In this document: in pieces, positions 35,411 through 49,230 of the stretch | Layout: every line of letters starts with the position of its first letter | Position numbering within the stretch: the first letter of the stretch is position 1 | Assembly: GCF_006345805.1 (NCBI RefSeq) | Contig: NC_043005.1 | Location: forward strand, 70,432,001 to 70,496,000 | Direction of reading: 5' to 3' | Source: Octopus sinensis | Taxonomy: Eukaryota | Length of the DNA: 64,000 bases | The notes under the pieces: generated by a model | What the model saw: only the letters and a program-made list of their open reading frames with translations | Told to the model about the DNA's origin: nothing | Databases searched by the model: none | Position numbers and translations under genes: made by a program

Positions 35411-35699
35411 GAAGCGCAATGGCCCAGTGGTTAGGGCAGCGGACTCGCGGACGTAGGATCGCGGTTTCGATTCCCAGACTTAGCGTTGTGAGTGTTTATT
35501 GAGCGAAAACACCTATAGCTCCGGCAGGGGGTTGTGGTGATCCCTGCTCTACTCTTTCGCCACAACTTTCTTTCACTCTAACTTCTGTTGGCCTGCTCGC
35601 TTAGCCAGCGAGGTGGCATCATTTGAAGGCTAAACCAATGCAAAGCGCATTGTGACCAGCGATGTGTAGCAACAACTGATAGCTTGATCGGTCACGGTG

Positions 35700-35700
<1 letters not shown>
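35411..35700 (+). mobile_element. tRNA-derived SINE family D
   Basis: tggcccagtggttag (A-box) and ggtttcgattccc (B-box). The 5' half is shared with the 37223 copy. Confidence 0.8.
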
Positions 35701-35759
<59 letters not shown>

Positions 35760-36078
35760 CGCATGGCTCAGTGGTTAGAGCATCGAGTTTACGATCATGA
35801 GGTTGTGAGCTCGAAACCCGGACTGAGCTGCAGGTTGTGTTCTTGAGCAAGACACTTTATTTCACGTTACTGCAGTTCCCTCAGCTGTAGAAATGAGTTG
35901 CGACGTCACAGGTGCCAAGCTGTATCGGTCCTTGCCTTTCCGTTGGATAACACTGGTGGCGTGGAGAGAGGAGGCCGGTATGCAGGTCTTCCATAAACCA
36001 CCTTGCCCGAACTTGTGCCTGGGAGGGTGAATTTCTAGGTGCAATCCCATGGTCAGTGTCGTGACCGAGGAGGGTCTC
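35760..36078 (+). mobile_element. tRNA-derived SINE with a CORE-like domain (family C)
   Basis: tggctcagtggttagagc, then ttgtgttcttgagcaagacactttatttcacg...cagctgtagaaatgag (CORE-like). Confidence 0.8.
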
Positions 36079-36098
36079 AGATACATATATATAATATC

Positions 36099-36154
<56 letters not shown>

Positions 36155-36280
36155 AGAGAAAGAGAGAAGAGAGAGAGAAAGAGAATAAGATAAATCTAGA
36201 CAGATGATAGATAGATTATAGATAGATAAATACACATGCATACACACATCTATATACATAAATATATATGAAATAAATAT

Positions 36281-36337
<57 letters not shown>

Positions 36338-37222
36338 AATATATATATACATACATACATACACATATATAGATACATACATACACACAAACACACCTGA
36401 TGAAAAGAATGTTTTCTCACACTATGAGTAGCTTTCCTTCATTGACACGCTTATTTGTACATATACACTGATATTTGGGGGTTTGTAAATACATACATGA
36501 TGTTACATACATGCTTGCGTAACGGTTTACATAAACATGAATACATTGTGGAAAGTGTTTACTCTGTCTTCACAGATATTTGACTAAAAATACATGAATC
36601 TTGATTCTACTTATTTAAACATTTTTTATCAATAAGAATTGCTCTTATTTCCGAAACATGATTTTGTATGTGTTTGTATGTGTGTATGTATGTATGTGTG
36701 TGTTCATTTAATGATTGTTGTTGTGGTTTTACGTTCTCAGTTTATGTATTACTAGATATTGTAAATGTATTCCTATTTTCTTGGAGAAGCTACTTAACAT
36801 ATTTTAATATGTCTTCTTTGTGGTTGACATATTTTTATTGAAAAATTAAATCCACTCTCTTAATATTTAACAAATTTTCGTGTCCTTCTTTTTCTTGTTT
36901 CTGATCATGTAACAATTATTACTTCACGGTTAGATTCATAACATTCGCTATATTAACTGCATTTGACATTGTCCATAATCAACTTCAATTTAGAAGAAGG
37001 GATAACGAAAGAAGTTCTTAAATAGTAATTGAACAATCTTAAGTAATAGTATAGATATGTGTGGGGTAGGCATATTGTTCTTTTATCTTAAACGAACGTA
37101 TTTAACAACGAAAGTATTGTCATTAGCGGGTGAGAAAACCTATAGAAAAACATGCTACGCCTTCCCTTTCTTTCATTTTTCTTCCATTTACCTACTCTCC
37201 CTTATCATACTAGCAAAACCAT

Positions 37223-37600
37223 GGAGGCACAATGGCCCAGTGGTTAGGACAGCGGAGTCACGTTTGTAGGATAGCGGTTTCGATTCCGAGACCGAGTGTT
37301 GAGACTGTTTATTGAGCGAAACCACCTACAGCTCTACGAGGCTCTGTCAGGGGATGGTGGTGAACCCTGCTGTACTCTTTCACCACAACTTTCTCTCACT
37401 TTTTCTTCCTGTTTCTGTTGTACCTGTATTTCAAAGTGCCAGCCTTGTCACACTTTGTGTCACGCTGAATCTCCTAGGGAACTACATTAAGAGTACACGT
37501 GTCTCTGGAGTGCTCAGCCACTTGCACGTTAATTTCACGAGCAGGCTGTTCTGTTGATCGGATCAACTGCAACTCTCGGCATCGTAACCGACGGAGTGCT
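37223..37600 (+). mobile_element. tRNA-derived SINE family D variant with a different 3' half
   Basis: Same head and central part as 35411, diverging after the ctttctctcact segment. Confidence 0.75.
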
Positions 37601-37728
37601 ACTACTAACAAAACCAACGAGATAAGTTTGAAGATTGCATGTCTTTCAAAACGGAAAATATTTGAGGTGATTGACTTACAGTATATCCAAATAGATTGCT
37701 GGCTAATTTCTATATTAAATATTGCTTT

Positions 37729-37940
37729 CAAATTTTAGCAAAAAGCCAGCAATTTCGGGAAGAGGGGAGGGGAATTCAATTACATCGACCCCAGTCTTCA
37801 ACAGGTGCTTGTTTTATCGATTCCGAAAGGATTAAAGGCAAAGTTGGCCGCGACAGAATTTAAACTCAGAACGGAGAAACGGACGAAAATCCGCTATGCA
37901 TTTTGCCCGGCGTGCTAACAATGCTGACAGCTCGTCGCTT
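37729..37940 (-). mobile_element. SINE family B
   Basis: attacatcgaccccag...gaaaggattaaaggcaaag...gcgtgctaac...cagctcgtcgc. Confidence 0.8.
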
Positions 37941-38047
37941 TATTTTTGTCTAACATGTTTCAAGAAGATACCAATTTCTTATTTCAATCAAGTTGTCGAG
38001 GAAAGGAACAGTAACAGCTATAAAAGAGGTATTTTCTTTTATTTATA

Positions 38048-38457
38048 GGCGTAGGAGTGGCTGTGTGGTAAGTAGCTTACTTACCAGCCACATGATTTCG
38101 GGTTCAATCCCACTGCGTGGCACCTTGGGCAAGTGTCTTCTACTATAGCCTCGGGCCGACCAAGGCCTTGTGAGTGGATTTGGTAGTCGGAAACGGAAAG
38201 AGGCCTGTCGTATATATGTATATGTATACGTGTGTGTGTGCATTTATGTGTCTGTGTTAATCCGCCCAAAATCGCTTGACAACTGATGCTGGTGTGTTTA
38301 CGTCCCCGTAAGTAAGCGGTTCGGCAAAAGAGACCGATAGAGTAAGTACTAGGCTTACAAAGAATAAGTCCTGGGGTTGATTTGCTCGACTAAAGGCGGT
38401 GCTCCAGCATAGCCGCACTCAAATGACTGAAACAAATAAAAGAGTAAAAGACTAAAA
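38048..38457 (+). mobile_element. Full-length SINE family A
   Basis: Complete head, core, internal simple repeat and tail. Confidence 0.92.
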
Positions 38458-38999
38458 AGGGACCCAGAGTAAATTAGCTATGATAGAAATTAAATACTTT
38501 AAATGTAGGAAGACAAGGAGGATATGATTTTCATTGAGTGTCACTGAGGAGTTTGAACATCTGAACTTAGATTCTTGATAACCGAGTATAAACTTCGTTG
38601 TTATTAAATCCGGAGTCAGATCTGATCCAGCAATGAATAAAAGACAGTCTAGCTTTGCCCATTGTGCGTCTGACCGATCAGTATATCTGAAACTGTATTA
38701 TCCAAAGAGCCCCTACTTTTTTAAAGCTAGTAGTGTGTGATTTCATGGAAATGTGGGCAATGGATACAAATCAACACATTTCCCCCTGCAATAGAAGAAA
38801 GAGTTACAAACGCTGGAATGGGATGAAAGCGTCGTCTTGCCAAATTATACATTTTGGTTGGTTACAAGAAAAACTATATTGGTTTGAGAACATCGTTTTC
38901 ATGGTCTGCCGAAAAAGGCATTTTTTCCAAATACGCCAGCTAAACTAAGTTGTACTGTCTATAGTCGTAAGACATCCGCTGTTGTTGTCCTGTTATTAC

Positions 39000-39270
39000 T
39001 ATTATTGCTTTTTGTATTCATATTCGTGTGGCATCGTCCGTTTTTCTGTCCCTGTTTCGTATACATTCGATCCTTTTTCCAAGAAATCTAATGCTCGTAG
39101 CTTAGTTTTTCTTTGGGGCTGGCCGGATCGGAACAATCTCAAGATTAATCAGCCGAAATTATGAGGATGATCCGGTTCTCGACTGAAGATTGAAGGCTTC
39201 GAATGTCCCGTCCATGGTTTTTGTATCGTCTTCTAAATGTTTTACGTTCTTGTCCCAGTTTGTATTTTTT
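39000..39270. mobile_element. Dispersed repeat (Penelope pLTR-like), inverted homologue of 40727-41030
   Basis: The reverse complement aligns with 40727-41030 (aagctaag.gcattagatt.cttgga, gaatgtatacgaaa). The inner end is near a simple-repeat tract. Confidence 0.65.
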
Positions 39271-39638
39271 ACATATGCATATATATATAATCGAGAGAGA
39301 GGGAGAGAGGGAGAGAGGGTGGAGGGGAGGGAGGGAGAGAGAGAGATAGACATTTTGGTAGATAGATAGATAGATAAAAGTTGAGAAGAAAGACAGGCAG
39401 ACAGATATTTGCATATAGTTGTACACACACACACATACACACACATGAACATAGATACACATATATATGACCATCACGAAATATAGCATTATATATATGT
39501 GGGGGGTGCGCGTGCGACTATGTGTTTGCGTGTGTGTGTTGTGTGTATACATACATACATATATATATATATATATGCATACATATATATATATATATAT
39601 ATGCATACATATATATATATATATATATGCATACATAT

Positions 39639-39682
<44 letters not shown>

Positions 39683-40344
39683 ATTGGCATTATCACATGC
39701 ATATATATATTAATAATATTGATAATACGAATAAAGAACCACCGCTTTTGTGAAATCTGGAAAAATATACACACTTTCTATTCTCTAATTATCTTTGCAG
39801 CTCGTTTGAGTCCCCCCTCGAAGTTTCAGTTTCTTTGATCTTTGATCTGAGAATTAATCTACTATATACATTCATAATACATACATACATACATACATAC
39901 ATACATACATACATACATACATACATACATACACACATACATACATAAACAGTGAAATAATAAATAAGAAAAATTATACAACTAAGAAAAACATCAAAAG
40001 CTTAGTTACTACCACCTGAAAAAAGTAAATTCTTTTGATGCTGCGAGACAGATCGATATTAATTTTATTCTCTACCACAGAGTTGTTTAAAATCAGCAAT
40101 TAAGCAGATTTAAACAGACATATCAACACGCTCTTTTACACGATCTTAATATTCATTATGACAATTTTGCTTCTGCTTCTGTTTTTTTTTTTTTTGTGAT
40201 ATCTTCAATTGTAACTTTTGAAATAACTACAATATTCCCGCAGTTGGTATATGAAATACAAAAGAACTGCTTGTGAAGCAAGAATAGCACTTCGGTTGTT
40301 ACTTGGTCTCTTGAAGAATCAGAGAAATAATTTTTTTTTTAAAT

Positions 40345-40506
40345 AGCTGCGGGAGTTGCTGTGTGGTGAGACGTTTGCGCCCCAACCATATGGTTCCGGA
40401 ATCAGTGTCACTATGGGGCACCATGAGTAAGTCTCTGCTGCTGTAGCCTCAGACCGACCAAAGACTTGTGAGTAGATTTGGAAGACGGAAACTGAAAGAA
40501 TCCCCT

Positions 40507-40508
<2 letters not shown>
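40345..40508 (+). mobile_element. SINE family A 5' half, degenerate
   Basis: gctgtgtggt...gaccgaccaaagacttgtgagtagatttgg.agacggaaactgaaagaa. Confidence 0.75.
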
Positions 40509-40559
<51 letters not shown>

Positions 40560-40680
40560 GCACGCACGCACATATATATGACAAATAGAAGTTGAAAATG
40601 CACTGAGAATAACTAAATATTTTAGCTATTCTCAGTGCATGTTGACAACCTGTATTTTTTCCTGGAATAAAATGACTTTG

Positions 40681-40726
<46 letters not shown>

Positions 40727-40729
<3 letters not shown>

Positions 40730-41030
40730 GGGACAAGAGCGAAAAACATCCAGACAGTTGGGTGATAGAAAAAAAAGGAACAACGAAACATCCAGACGAT
40801 ACAAAGAAACGAGGAGGGGTCATTCGGAGTTTTCTTTTCTCAGTCGAGTTCCAGGATAAATTTGCAATTTCTGCTGGTTATACTCAAGGTTGCTTCAATC
40901 TGGCCAGCGCCAAGGAAAAGCTAAGCTAAGAGCATTAGATTCCTTGGAAGAAAGCAGCGAATGTATACGAAAAAACGGTGAATGTTACACAAATACAAAT
41001 AACAGGATATAACAACAGGTGTCTTTCGGC
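40727..41030. mobile_element. Dispersed repeat (Penelope pLTR-like), homologue of 39000-39270
   Basis: See 39000-39270. It begins immediately after (TA)n. Confidence 0.65.
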
Positions 41031-41134
41031 TAAGGACGATTTAAATCAAGCTGGCGTATGTGGAAATAAAGCCTTACGGCAGGGAGACAAGATTTCACAG
41101 GCACAGAGATGAATACATACATGTAGGTATGTAT

Positions 41135-41710
41135 GTATTTGTCTTTCTGCCTGCGTTTGTCCCCCACCACTGCTTGACCACCGGTGTTGTGCTTATATCC
41201 CAGTATTCTAGCAATATGGTAGAATAAGTACTGGCGTCGATTTGTCCGACTAAAATTCTTCAAAGTGGTACCTAGGCAGGCCTGCAATCTAATGACGGAA
41301 AAATTTAAAGGATAAAAAGTTTAAAGGATAAAATAGGTGCAGACGTAGGAGTGGCTGTGTGGTAAGTAGCTTGCTTATCAACCACATGGTTCCGGGTTCA
41401 GTACCACTGCATGGCACCTTGGGCAAGTATCTTCTACTATCGCCTCGGGCCGACCAAAGCCTTGTGAGTGGATTTGGTAGACGGAAACTGAAAGAAGCCC
41501 GTCGTATATATGTATATATGTGTTTGTGTGTCTGTGTTTGTCCCTCCAACATCGCTTGACAACCAATGCGGTTCGGCAAAAGAGACCGATAGAATAAGTA
41601 CTAGGCTTACAAAGAATAAGTCCTGTGGTCAATTTGCTCGACTAAAGGCGGTGCTCCAGTATGGTCACACTTACATGACTGAAACAAATGAAAGAGTAAA
41701 AGAGTAAAGA
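41135..41710 (+). mobile_element. Degenerate SINE A 3' half (41135-41330) followed by a full-length SINE A (41342-41710)
   Basis: Matches the family A copies at 38048 and 24143. Confidence 0.9.
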
Positions 41711-42434
41711 GTATGTCCAATCAGGTCAGAACAATATTATACGTTCATAAGCCTATGCTCTACCTTTGATGTACACGTCTATACTGTCATACGTCGTAAT
41801 TTGACATTCATCTATATAATATGATTGTTGATATCTTCTCTTATTGTTTAACAGCATTTAGCGGCTGATTGCAGACAACGTGACTGTGAATAGAATTAAT
41901 AGTGTTCTGTGATTAATAGCATCAAATGCTTTGGATTTTGTAAAATGACCGATGTTCGCTTCGAATTGTATAGGTGGAGTTCAGGCAGCAAAAACAGCAA
42001 AAAAATCGTTTGACAGTTGCAAGTATCAGTTTGTACTAGTCTGTATTAGAAACAGAACTTAAAATGTCCCTGAATAAATATAAAGATACATGTTAAGTTC
42101 AACTGAATGTAAAATAGAAAGATACATGATAAAGCGACACTTTCAATGATGAACCTATTTGGGTGTGATTTATCATGTGCATAAAATAATAATATACTTA
42201 TTTATATCATTATATTAAGGGAACAAGAGCGAAAACGGCCTATCTCCAGCATGCTTGAAGTGACGATACCTTCCAAAAACTACCAAAAACTCCAAATAAA
42301 TATGTACATGGCAGAAAGCAGGCTAGTGAAAGAATATTAAAAAGACCTCACGCTAATTGTGAATTGGCCCCTTGCTCCCTTTATATAATTATATACCTAT
42401 GTATATTATTATTAATGCAATGCTTGTATATATA

Positions 42435-42498
<64 letters not shown>

Positions 42499-42543
42499 AT
42501 AATAAAATGATTTGCCTAATAGTGGTTTTATCTCTAATTTAAT

Positions 42544-42587
<44 letters not shown>

Positions 42588-42603
42588 ATATAGATATGAT
42601 AGA

Positions 42604-43290
42604 CAAGGGGGTACCCGAAAGAAACCAGGATTTCGCAATATTATTTTATTCACTTAGTTTTATGTTTACCTTTTTATCGCTTTAAAAGTATTCTCCATTT
42701 GAGGCAGTACACCGGTCCAGACGCGTTTTCCACTATTCATGCTGGGACTCTCACGAAATGATGCCTTTTAACGCCCCCGTGATTTTTCCTTCACCTCTTC
42801 CACATTCGCAATTCCTCGCTCAAAATTCGTTGAAGAGGAGCTCCGGGACACGCCAATCATATCAACAAGTTTCGGGTAACGCCTCCAAAATCAATTCACG
42901 AATTTTCGTGATATTCTCATTCATTCGGGTGGCTGACGGTCGTTCTGAATGAGGTTCATTTTCAAGCGACAATTGACCATTCCTAAAGCGTAGAAACCAC
43001 TTGTAAAGTTCTGTTTTGCTCATGGCAGCGTCTTTGTAAGCTGCTTGAAGCATGACAACTGTTTCGGCCGCTGTTTTCCCCAGCAGCAAACAGAAATTCA
43101 CGGAAGCAGGCTGTCCCTCTTCGTTTCAGCCATCGAAAAAATCGACGAACCGAGGAAAAGCACTGTAAAACAAAGTCACAAAGTCGCACCACGTGACAAT
43201 AAGACTACGAACGTCGACACCGGTCGGCAGACTGATGCCTGAGGATCACACACAGTAGCTTCTGGCGGCGGAATTCTGACCTACTAAGGA
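42604..43290 (-). mobile_element. Internally deleted mariner element
   Basis: N-terminal HTH FCLLLGKTAAETVVML...WFLRFRNG...RP, then C-terminal VEEVKEKSRGALKGI...WKTRLDRCTASNGEYF. TIR-like caagggggtacccgaaagaaacc at 42604. Confidence 0.85.
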
Positions 43291-43667
43291 CTTGTCCCAC
43301 AAAGAACGTTTCTATTTACTTTTGGGCACCCTCTCGTTTATATATATATCTATAACAACCCTGCATGTTTGTTTTCGTTCGGTTTCCTTTTTTGCCTCCA
43401 CTGTCCTGCTTTTGTTCCCAGCTTTGACCGTTCCATAAATCATAAATTTTATTTTGGAATTTATGGAAGCAACTGTCTTAGAAGACTCATATTGTCGTTG
43501 AATGCTCGAAATGAAGAGTAGACGTGCAGCCGACAACTGATGAAGGGTCTTTCTCTGTGTTTACTTGTCCTGTTTTCCATTTGTTTCCCTTACTGTTTGT
43601 GTATTTAACTCCTTAATTTTCATATTTCATGTTGTTTGCACAGATGGTAACATCCTGTACCCATATA

Positions 43668-43710
<43 letters not shown>

Positions 43711-44076
43711 GTATATCATTTAAATGCTGGGTATATAAAATTATATTTATCTTTCACAGGAAGGAGTAGTGTTTAGTTGATCCAAAATATAACGGGATAG
43801 TAATAGATGCATAGGCATGTGTGTTTTAGTGCATGTTTGCACTTGAGAACTGATGAACTGTTTAAATTCGTCCACTACTTTTTTGATCTATTTTTTTCTG
43901 TGAACGTCTTTTTAGTCCGTCTTAAAATACGCTATCGGAGTATATTATGATTTGAGTAAGTTTTGACTGTTGCTTCTTTCAAACTAATGTTCATTGTCTT
44001 GTAAGTATGCAGTATAGGTTAATCACATTATTTTCAGATTTTTCTAAAAAGAAATGGTGGAAAAATTACGGTATAC

Positions 44077-44163
44077 CTGTAACGTCTCAATGTTGAACAC
44101 CGAGGATAGTATTGGCTCCACTGTGGCTAACTTTTGCCAAGTGTATTCTATATTCATGTATTT
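44077..44163 (-). CDS. Candidate 87-nt coding exon of an unidentified gene
   Basis: tttgttgctatatttatcag | KYMNIEYTWQKLATVEPILSSVFNIETLQ | gtatac. Phase 0-0; only one frame is open. No homologue recognised. Confidence 0.3.
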
Positions 44164-44318
44164 CTGATAAATATAGCAACAAACTTGTGAAAAGTCAATT
44201 ATCAACCATGGCGTAAAGAAAGGAAGTATTATGTGTGCAAGTGTAAGTTTATATACATAGGTATGTGTTTGTGTACATATATACGCGTGCAAGTGTGTGT
44301 ATGCATGTATGAATGTAC

Positions 44319-44362
<44 letters not shown>

Positions 44363-44379
44363 GTATGTATATATATATA

Positions 44380-44418
<39 letters not shown>

Positions 44419-45789
44419 CATATATGTATATATATACATTTATATATATATATGTATATGTATATATATATACACAAACAAATACATATGATTCAGCTCT
44501 CTGTGTTTTTCTCGTGGTCTCATGGTCTCGGTATTCATGTGTTACTCGGGAATGGAGTTTATATAGATCTATGCATGCGTGTATACATATACACATACCT
44601 TCAAAAAGAGAACAGAGAAGTATATATAGATATTCACAAGTCTATGTACACAAGTACACGTAAATATATTTACATATATGTGTGTGTGTGCGTGCGTGTG
44701 TGTGTGTGTTTATGTATCTGTGTATATGTATATTTATATGTGTGTGAGTATATATATATATATATATACACTCACATATATATGCATATATTTACATATA
44801 TAAACTTTGAAATATGTATGCATATACTGTCCGAGTCCTTTTTCAAGAAGAAGCTGACAGATACATATTTAGAAACATACTCCATATATATATATATATA
44901 TTTGTGTGTGTGTGTGTGTTTGTGTGTTTGTGTGTGTGTGTGTTTACGCGTGTGTGTGTGCACTTGTCTGCATATGTATGAACACATCCAAACGTATATG
45001 AATGTGTATGTAGATATATATGAGTTGATGATGAATGTTTTGTTGTGTACAACACAATTTCCAGTCAGCTACTCCGCTCATTATATTCTATCTCTGATGA
45101 AGCAGGGTTTCTTCATAGGGAAGTAATTATAGTACTGGAGATGCAACATTACCAACATTTCTTTGCGATATTTATTCTATTTGCAAATCCACCAAGACAA
45201 GAAAATTTGCTTAGATGCCAAATATTCTGCATGAACAAATCTGGTTCGCATTGTAGGGAAAAGTTGACAGAGATTATCAAAAAGGTTTTAGCTTGGCAGA
45301 CTGTGACAAGTTTTGAAGAAAAATTACTTGCCTAAAGTAGATTTGATATCATAACTATACGACCAATAACCTAGTATATTAATTTTACGATAGCTATACC
45401 TTCATTATATTTATATAGCTTTATTGTATAACATATAATACGAGATCCGTTCTGTTGGTTATTCTCTTTTACTTTGTTTGCAACAGAGAATCTTGTTTGA
45501 TTTTATTCCTTTTTAACACACGCTATTTCTAAAGTACGGCTGGCTTACTTTACCAAGCTGCTCTACATGATATCTAATATATGCCACTGGAATGCTTTTG
45601 ATCACATGTCTGCAGAAACATGTTTAATCTAGATCTAACAGCAAGATATTGAAACTTCCAATAGAAATCCAAGAAAATATTAAGAGAAAAGGGTTTGTTT
45701 TGTTTTATTTTTGTTTTGTTTTTCACTTTGCAAAATACAAAAGAGAGTGGATGTCAAAGGCAGTAGAAATATATTGTCATGTTATGTGG

Positions 45790-46010
45790 TTTAACCCTTT
45801 TGTTAGCATATTTCTGTCAATATACGCAGCCTCTGTTTGAATTCATTTTGAAAACAATGGCGCACTTAGCAATATCACTTTGTGATTTTTACGTTTTTGT
45901 TTGCAACATAAATTGTTATAAAATTTTGATTAAAAATCTTAATTTAAACCCCTTTTAAAACACGACGTTTTGTATCGGAGAACCATAGAATGTCTCTGAC
46001 AGGTTGGTGT
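45790..46010. mobile_element. Possible piggyBac-type MITE fragment
   Basis: TTAA-CCCTTTTG start. No matching right end found. Confidence 0.3.
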
Positions 46011-48226
46011 CGAAATTGTCAAGTTCAAGTCTCGAGGATAATGGGATGCCCTCTATTACTCAGTCCATTTTCTCTTTCGAAAACAAATACCTGAACGATA
46101 CAAGTTTCAATGTCAATTATTGTATTCATACTTAAAATACAGGATATATTTTACTGGGCAAGCTACATGCTTGCAATATGACGGTTTAGACAATTGTTAT
46201 AAAAGTGTACAACTTATAATCATTCTAATTATAGAAATAAGGATAATCAAACCAATTAGATATCTAACTTGGCTACGTACAATAAATTTTATTGTGATGA
46301 TGTAGATTAGTAGTTTTCGACAATTTTTTGATCTACGGTGAATTGAATACGACATTACTAGTGTAACTGCACTTTATGTAAAAAACTAACATTTGAATTA
46401 TTTTAAAATAGAGACTAGTGTAGGCATTATATTTTGCTGTGATGAATACATCTGCACAGATGTAGAGTTTTAATAAAAATCATGTTTCTTAAGTATCCTG
46501 GCATTTTGCGATTTACCTCAAAACTTTGTGGGGCATCTGCTGACCACAAGCTCCACGTAGGTGTGACGTGACAGCGCAGTGATTGAAAATATCTAGTCTA
46601 GAGTTTAGTGACATTGCAATTAGTGATATTTTAACTTGTTTATCCATATCTTTTAAAGCATTTCCTCGTGACTATGTGAAATGGAATTAATACAAAAACT
46701 TAGAATTACTTTAAATTTGATTTGTTTAATATTTCAAGAATCAATGACAAGGAGATTGAATTTTTAAAAGACATGACTCTCAAGCAATTATGATTCTCAT
46801 TTAAAAACGCTTCGCTTCACTTTTGCAGCCAATGCCCTTGGAAATACATGAACAATAAAAGAAGTGTGAGTTTGTGCCGAATTTAGAAATCAATATTTGT
46901 TATTTTTTTGTCTTTTTGTCTTTTCTCAAAAACAATTTCTTACTGTTGACTAGCTATACAACCAAATTTTGTAGGAGGGGTGAAACGGCAAAGAAAATTT
47001 CCTCGTATGTATTATCCAAATAATACATAAGCGAGAAGGTGAAAATAACTGAGATGCTAAAGCACTGGACAATCAATGGAGAGAAAAATAGTTTATATCT
47101 TGGTCCCAAAATAGCTTTAGCTATAGACAAATGTAGAGAGATGTTGTTACCAGCTCGACACGGTATCTATAGCCAAACACAAAGCGATATTATCATCAGC
47201 ATGGTATTTTATCTGTCGCCAATCATAGTGTTATCATCTCCAGCGCAGCATCGTATCTGTAGTCAAGTATAGTTATGTAATTCACTACCTTTACACAGTA
47301 CCAGAGACCTAAGTTTATTTGGTTTATTTTGGTTTACTAAGTTAAAATTTCCCATCTGAACATCTAAACGCAATAGAAAATAAATTCCCTTATTATCAGA
47401 AAGGTTTTTCCTTTGACCTTTCCAAAAAACTGGCTCAACAAATTTGAAATGTCCATAAAAGAAAATAATGTATATCATAAAAGCTGTGCTTCATTACTCG
47501 TCCGTCACACTCTCTTCAGATCAAAATGATATATAAGTAAAGTGTTTAGACAAACGAAATGAAAAAACAGTGAATTTATACAATTTATTTGTCGAAATCA
47601 CATATCAAAAATTGCCTGAGAATCATATCTTTTAAAAAGGTTGAAGTTTATTTTTGGTCAAATTGTATTTCCCCCGCAATCATTGGAATGAAATAATCAT
47701 GGCCACTTCCCTTTCAAACCCTGACTATTCAGCATTGCAATTATCTCAGTTTGCAAGATTTTTCACTTACATGAATTGTAAAGTAGGATCACGTCTTTCG
47801 TGATGCTTTCTATAATTTTAATTGTAAGGCAAGTCGGATACATTTTCAGAATTTTTAAACTACACTTTCTTTCTAGCTAATTCGTCTAGAAGCAGTCTTT
47901 TGGCTGAGATCAAAATGATTAACAGAAAACTTTCAAATCATTATGTATGCGTGCATACATACATACATATTCATACATACATGCATACCACCATATGTGT
48001 GTGTATGAGTCTATGTATGACCGTATGGAAAATGTTACGTATACATTATTATAAAAACTTACGGAGTTTGTATTGGAATTTTTCACCGTGTATATTTGTG
48101 TGTTTGTATACATAGATTTTCCAGTGTAACAATGAATAGATATGTATCTACCTATCTACCTACCTACACACATACACACACATACATACATAGATACATA
48201 CATACATACATAGATGCATACATACA

Positions 48227-48284
<58 letters not shown>

Positions 48285-48974
48285 GATTAACAACGGCAAT
48301 GAAAAGTGAACTAGATAAACAACTTCATATGGAAAAAGAAATCAATCACATCAGATAATGTGGCGCTCGTGTGTATTTAATGTAGTGTCTTTGATCTAAG
48401 GTAAATTAGGGTTGACTTGGAACTCCACAGCAATAACAATACAATTAATTAAGAAGAAAAATATGATCACTGCTTCCACTGTCACCTTCAATATAAACAC
48501 GAAACCAATATGACCAAGGCCACACCTCCTATCAATTGACAACGACAATGTTAATACCAATATGATAACAATATATGTAGCTATATATGTTTTATGTCAA
48601 CAGCGCTGATGGTGAGAAGATTGTGGGTTTTTTTATGCCACACGTCAGACGTGTAAAAGTCGAAGTTCTTACGAACCTGCTAGCCCGTCAATTAACTGTA
48701 ACCATATAGTACTTACTTATATCTCGCTCTTTCATTTTTTCGTCAACTAATTTCCATTCTTTCACCCATAGAGTATGAGAACAGTTTTTGTTCATACATA
48801 ACATTTTTTTTTTTTTGCAATACATACTTTTGTGGATAATATTTAATCGCTGGTGCTAGTTACAGTTTATTGATAATTTAAAATGTCTGGAAAGAAACAA
48901 TCATGTAGAGTTGAAGATAGTAGTAGTATGGAAAGCAAACATATAAGAATTACACCAGTTACTAAAACATAAAT

Positions 48975-49230
48975 AAAATAAATGCGCCCTTTTAAAGCCT
49001 AGCCAGGCTCATTGGCCCGGTTTCCCGGTTTCCCTGGCGTATGTGTTCCACAGCAGGATGAGATGACAGTCTATCGCAGCGTTACTCATTTTTACCAGCT
49101 GAGTGGACTGGAGCAACGTGAAATGTAGTGTTTTGCTCAAGAACACAACGCGTCGCCCGGTCCAGGAATCGAAACCACAATCTTACGATCATGATGCTGA
49201 CATCCTAACCACTAAACCACGCGTTTCCAC
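48975..49230 (-). mobile_element. tRNA-derived CORE-like SINE (family C variant)
   Basis: Minus strand gcgtggtttagtggttagg...ggtttcgattcc...ttgtgttcttgagcaaaacact...cagctggtaaaaatgagta. Confidence 0.85.

Noticed and set aside
35411-35490. SINE heads as tRNA genes
   Set aside because: No complete acceptor stem, and they continue into SINE bodies.
43475-43545. GTC...GCTC-GAAA...GTA-GAC HHR-like remnant with a nearby CTGATGA
   Set aside because: The core reads TTAGAAGA and helices II and III are broken. The downstream CTGATGA has no GAAA partner. It may be a fossil but is unsupported.
44233-45126. 297-aa ORF and the many other YIYI/CVCV/poly-N/poly-Y ORFs
   Set aside because: These are translations of (TA)n, (CA)n, (ATT)n and (CAC)n microsatellites with no coding signal.
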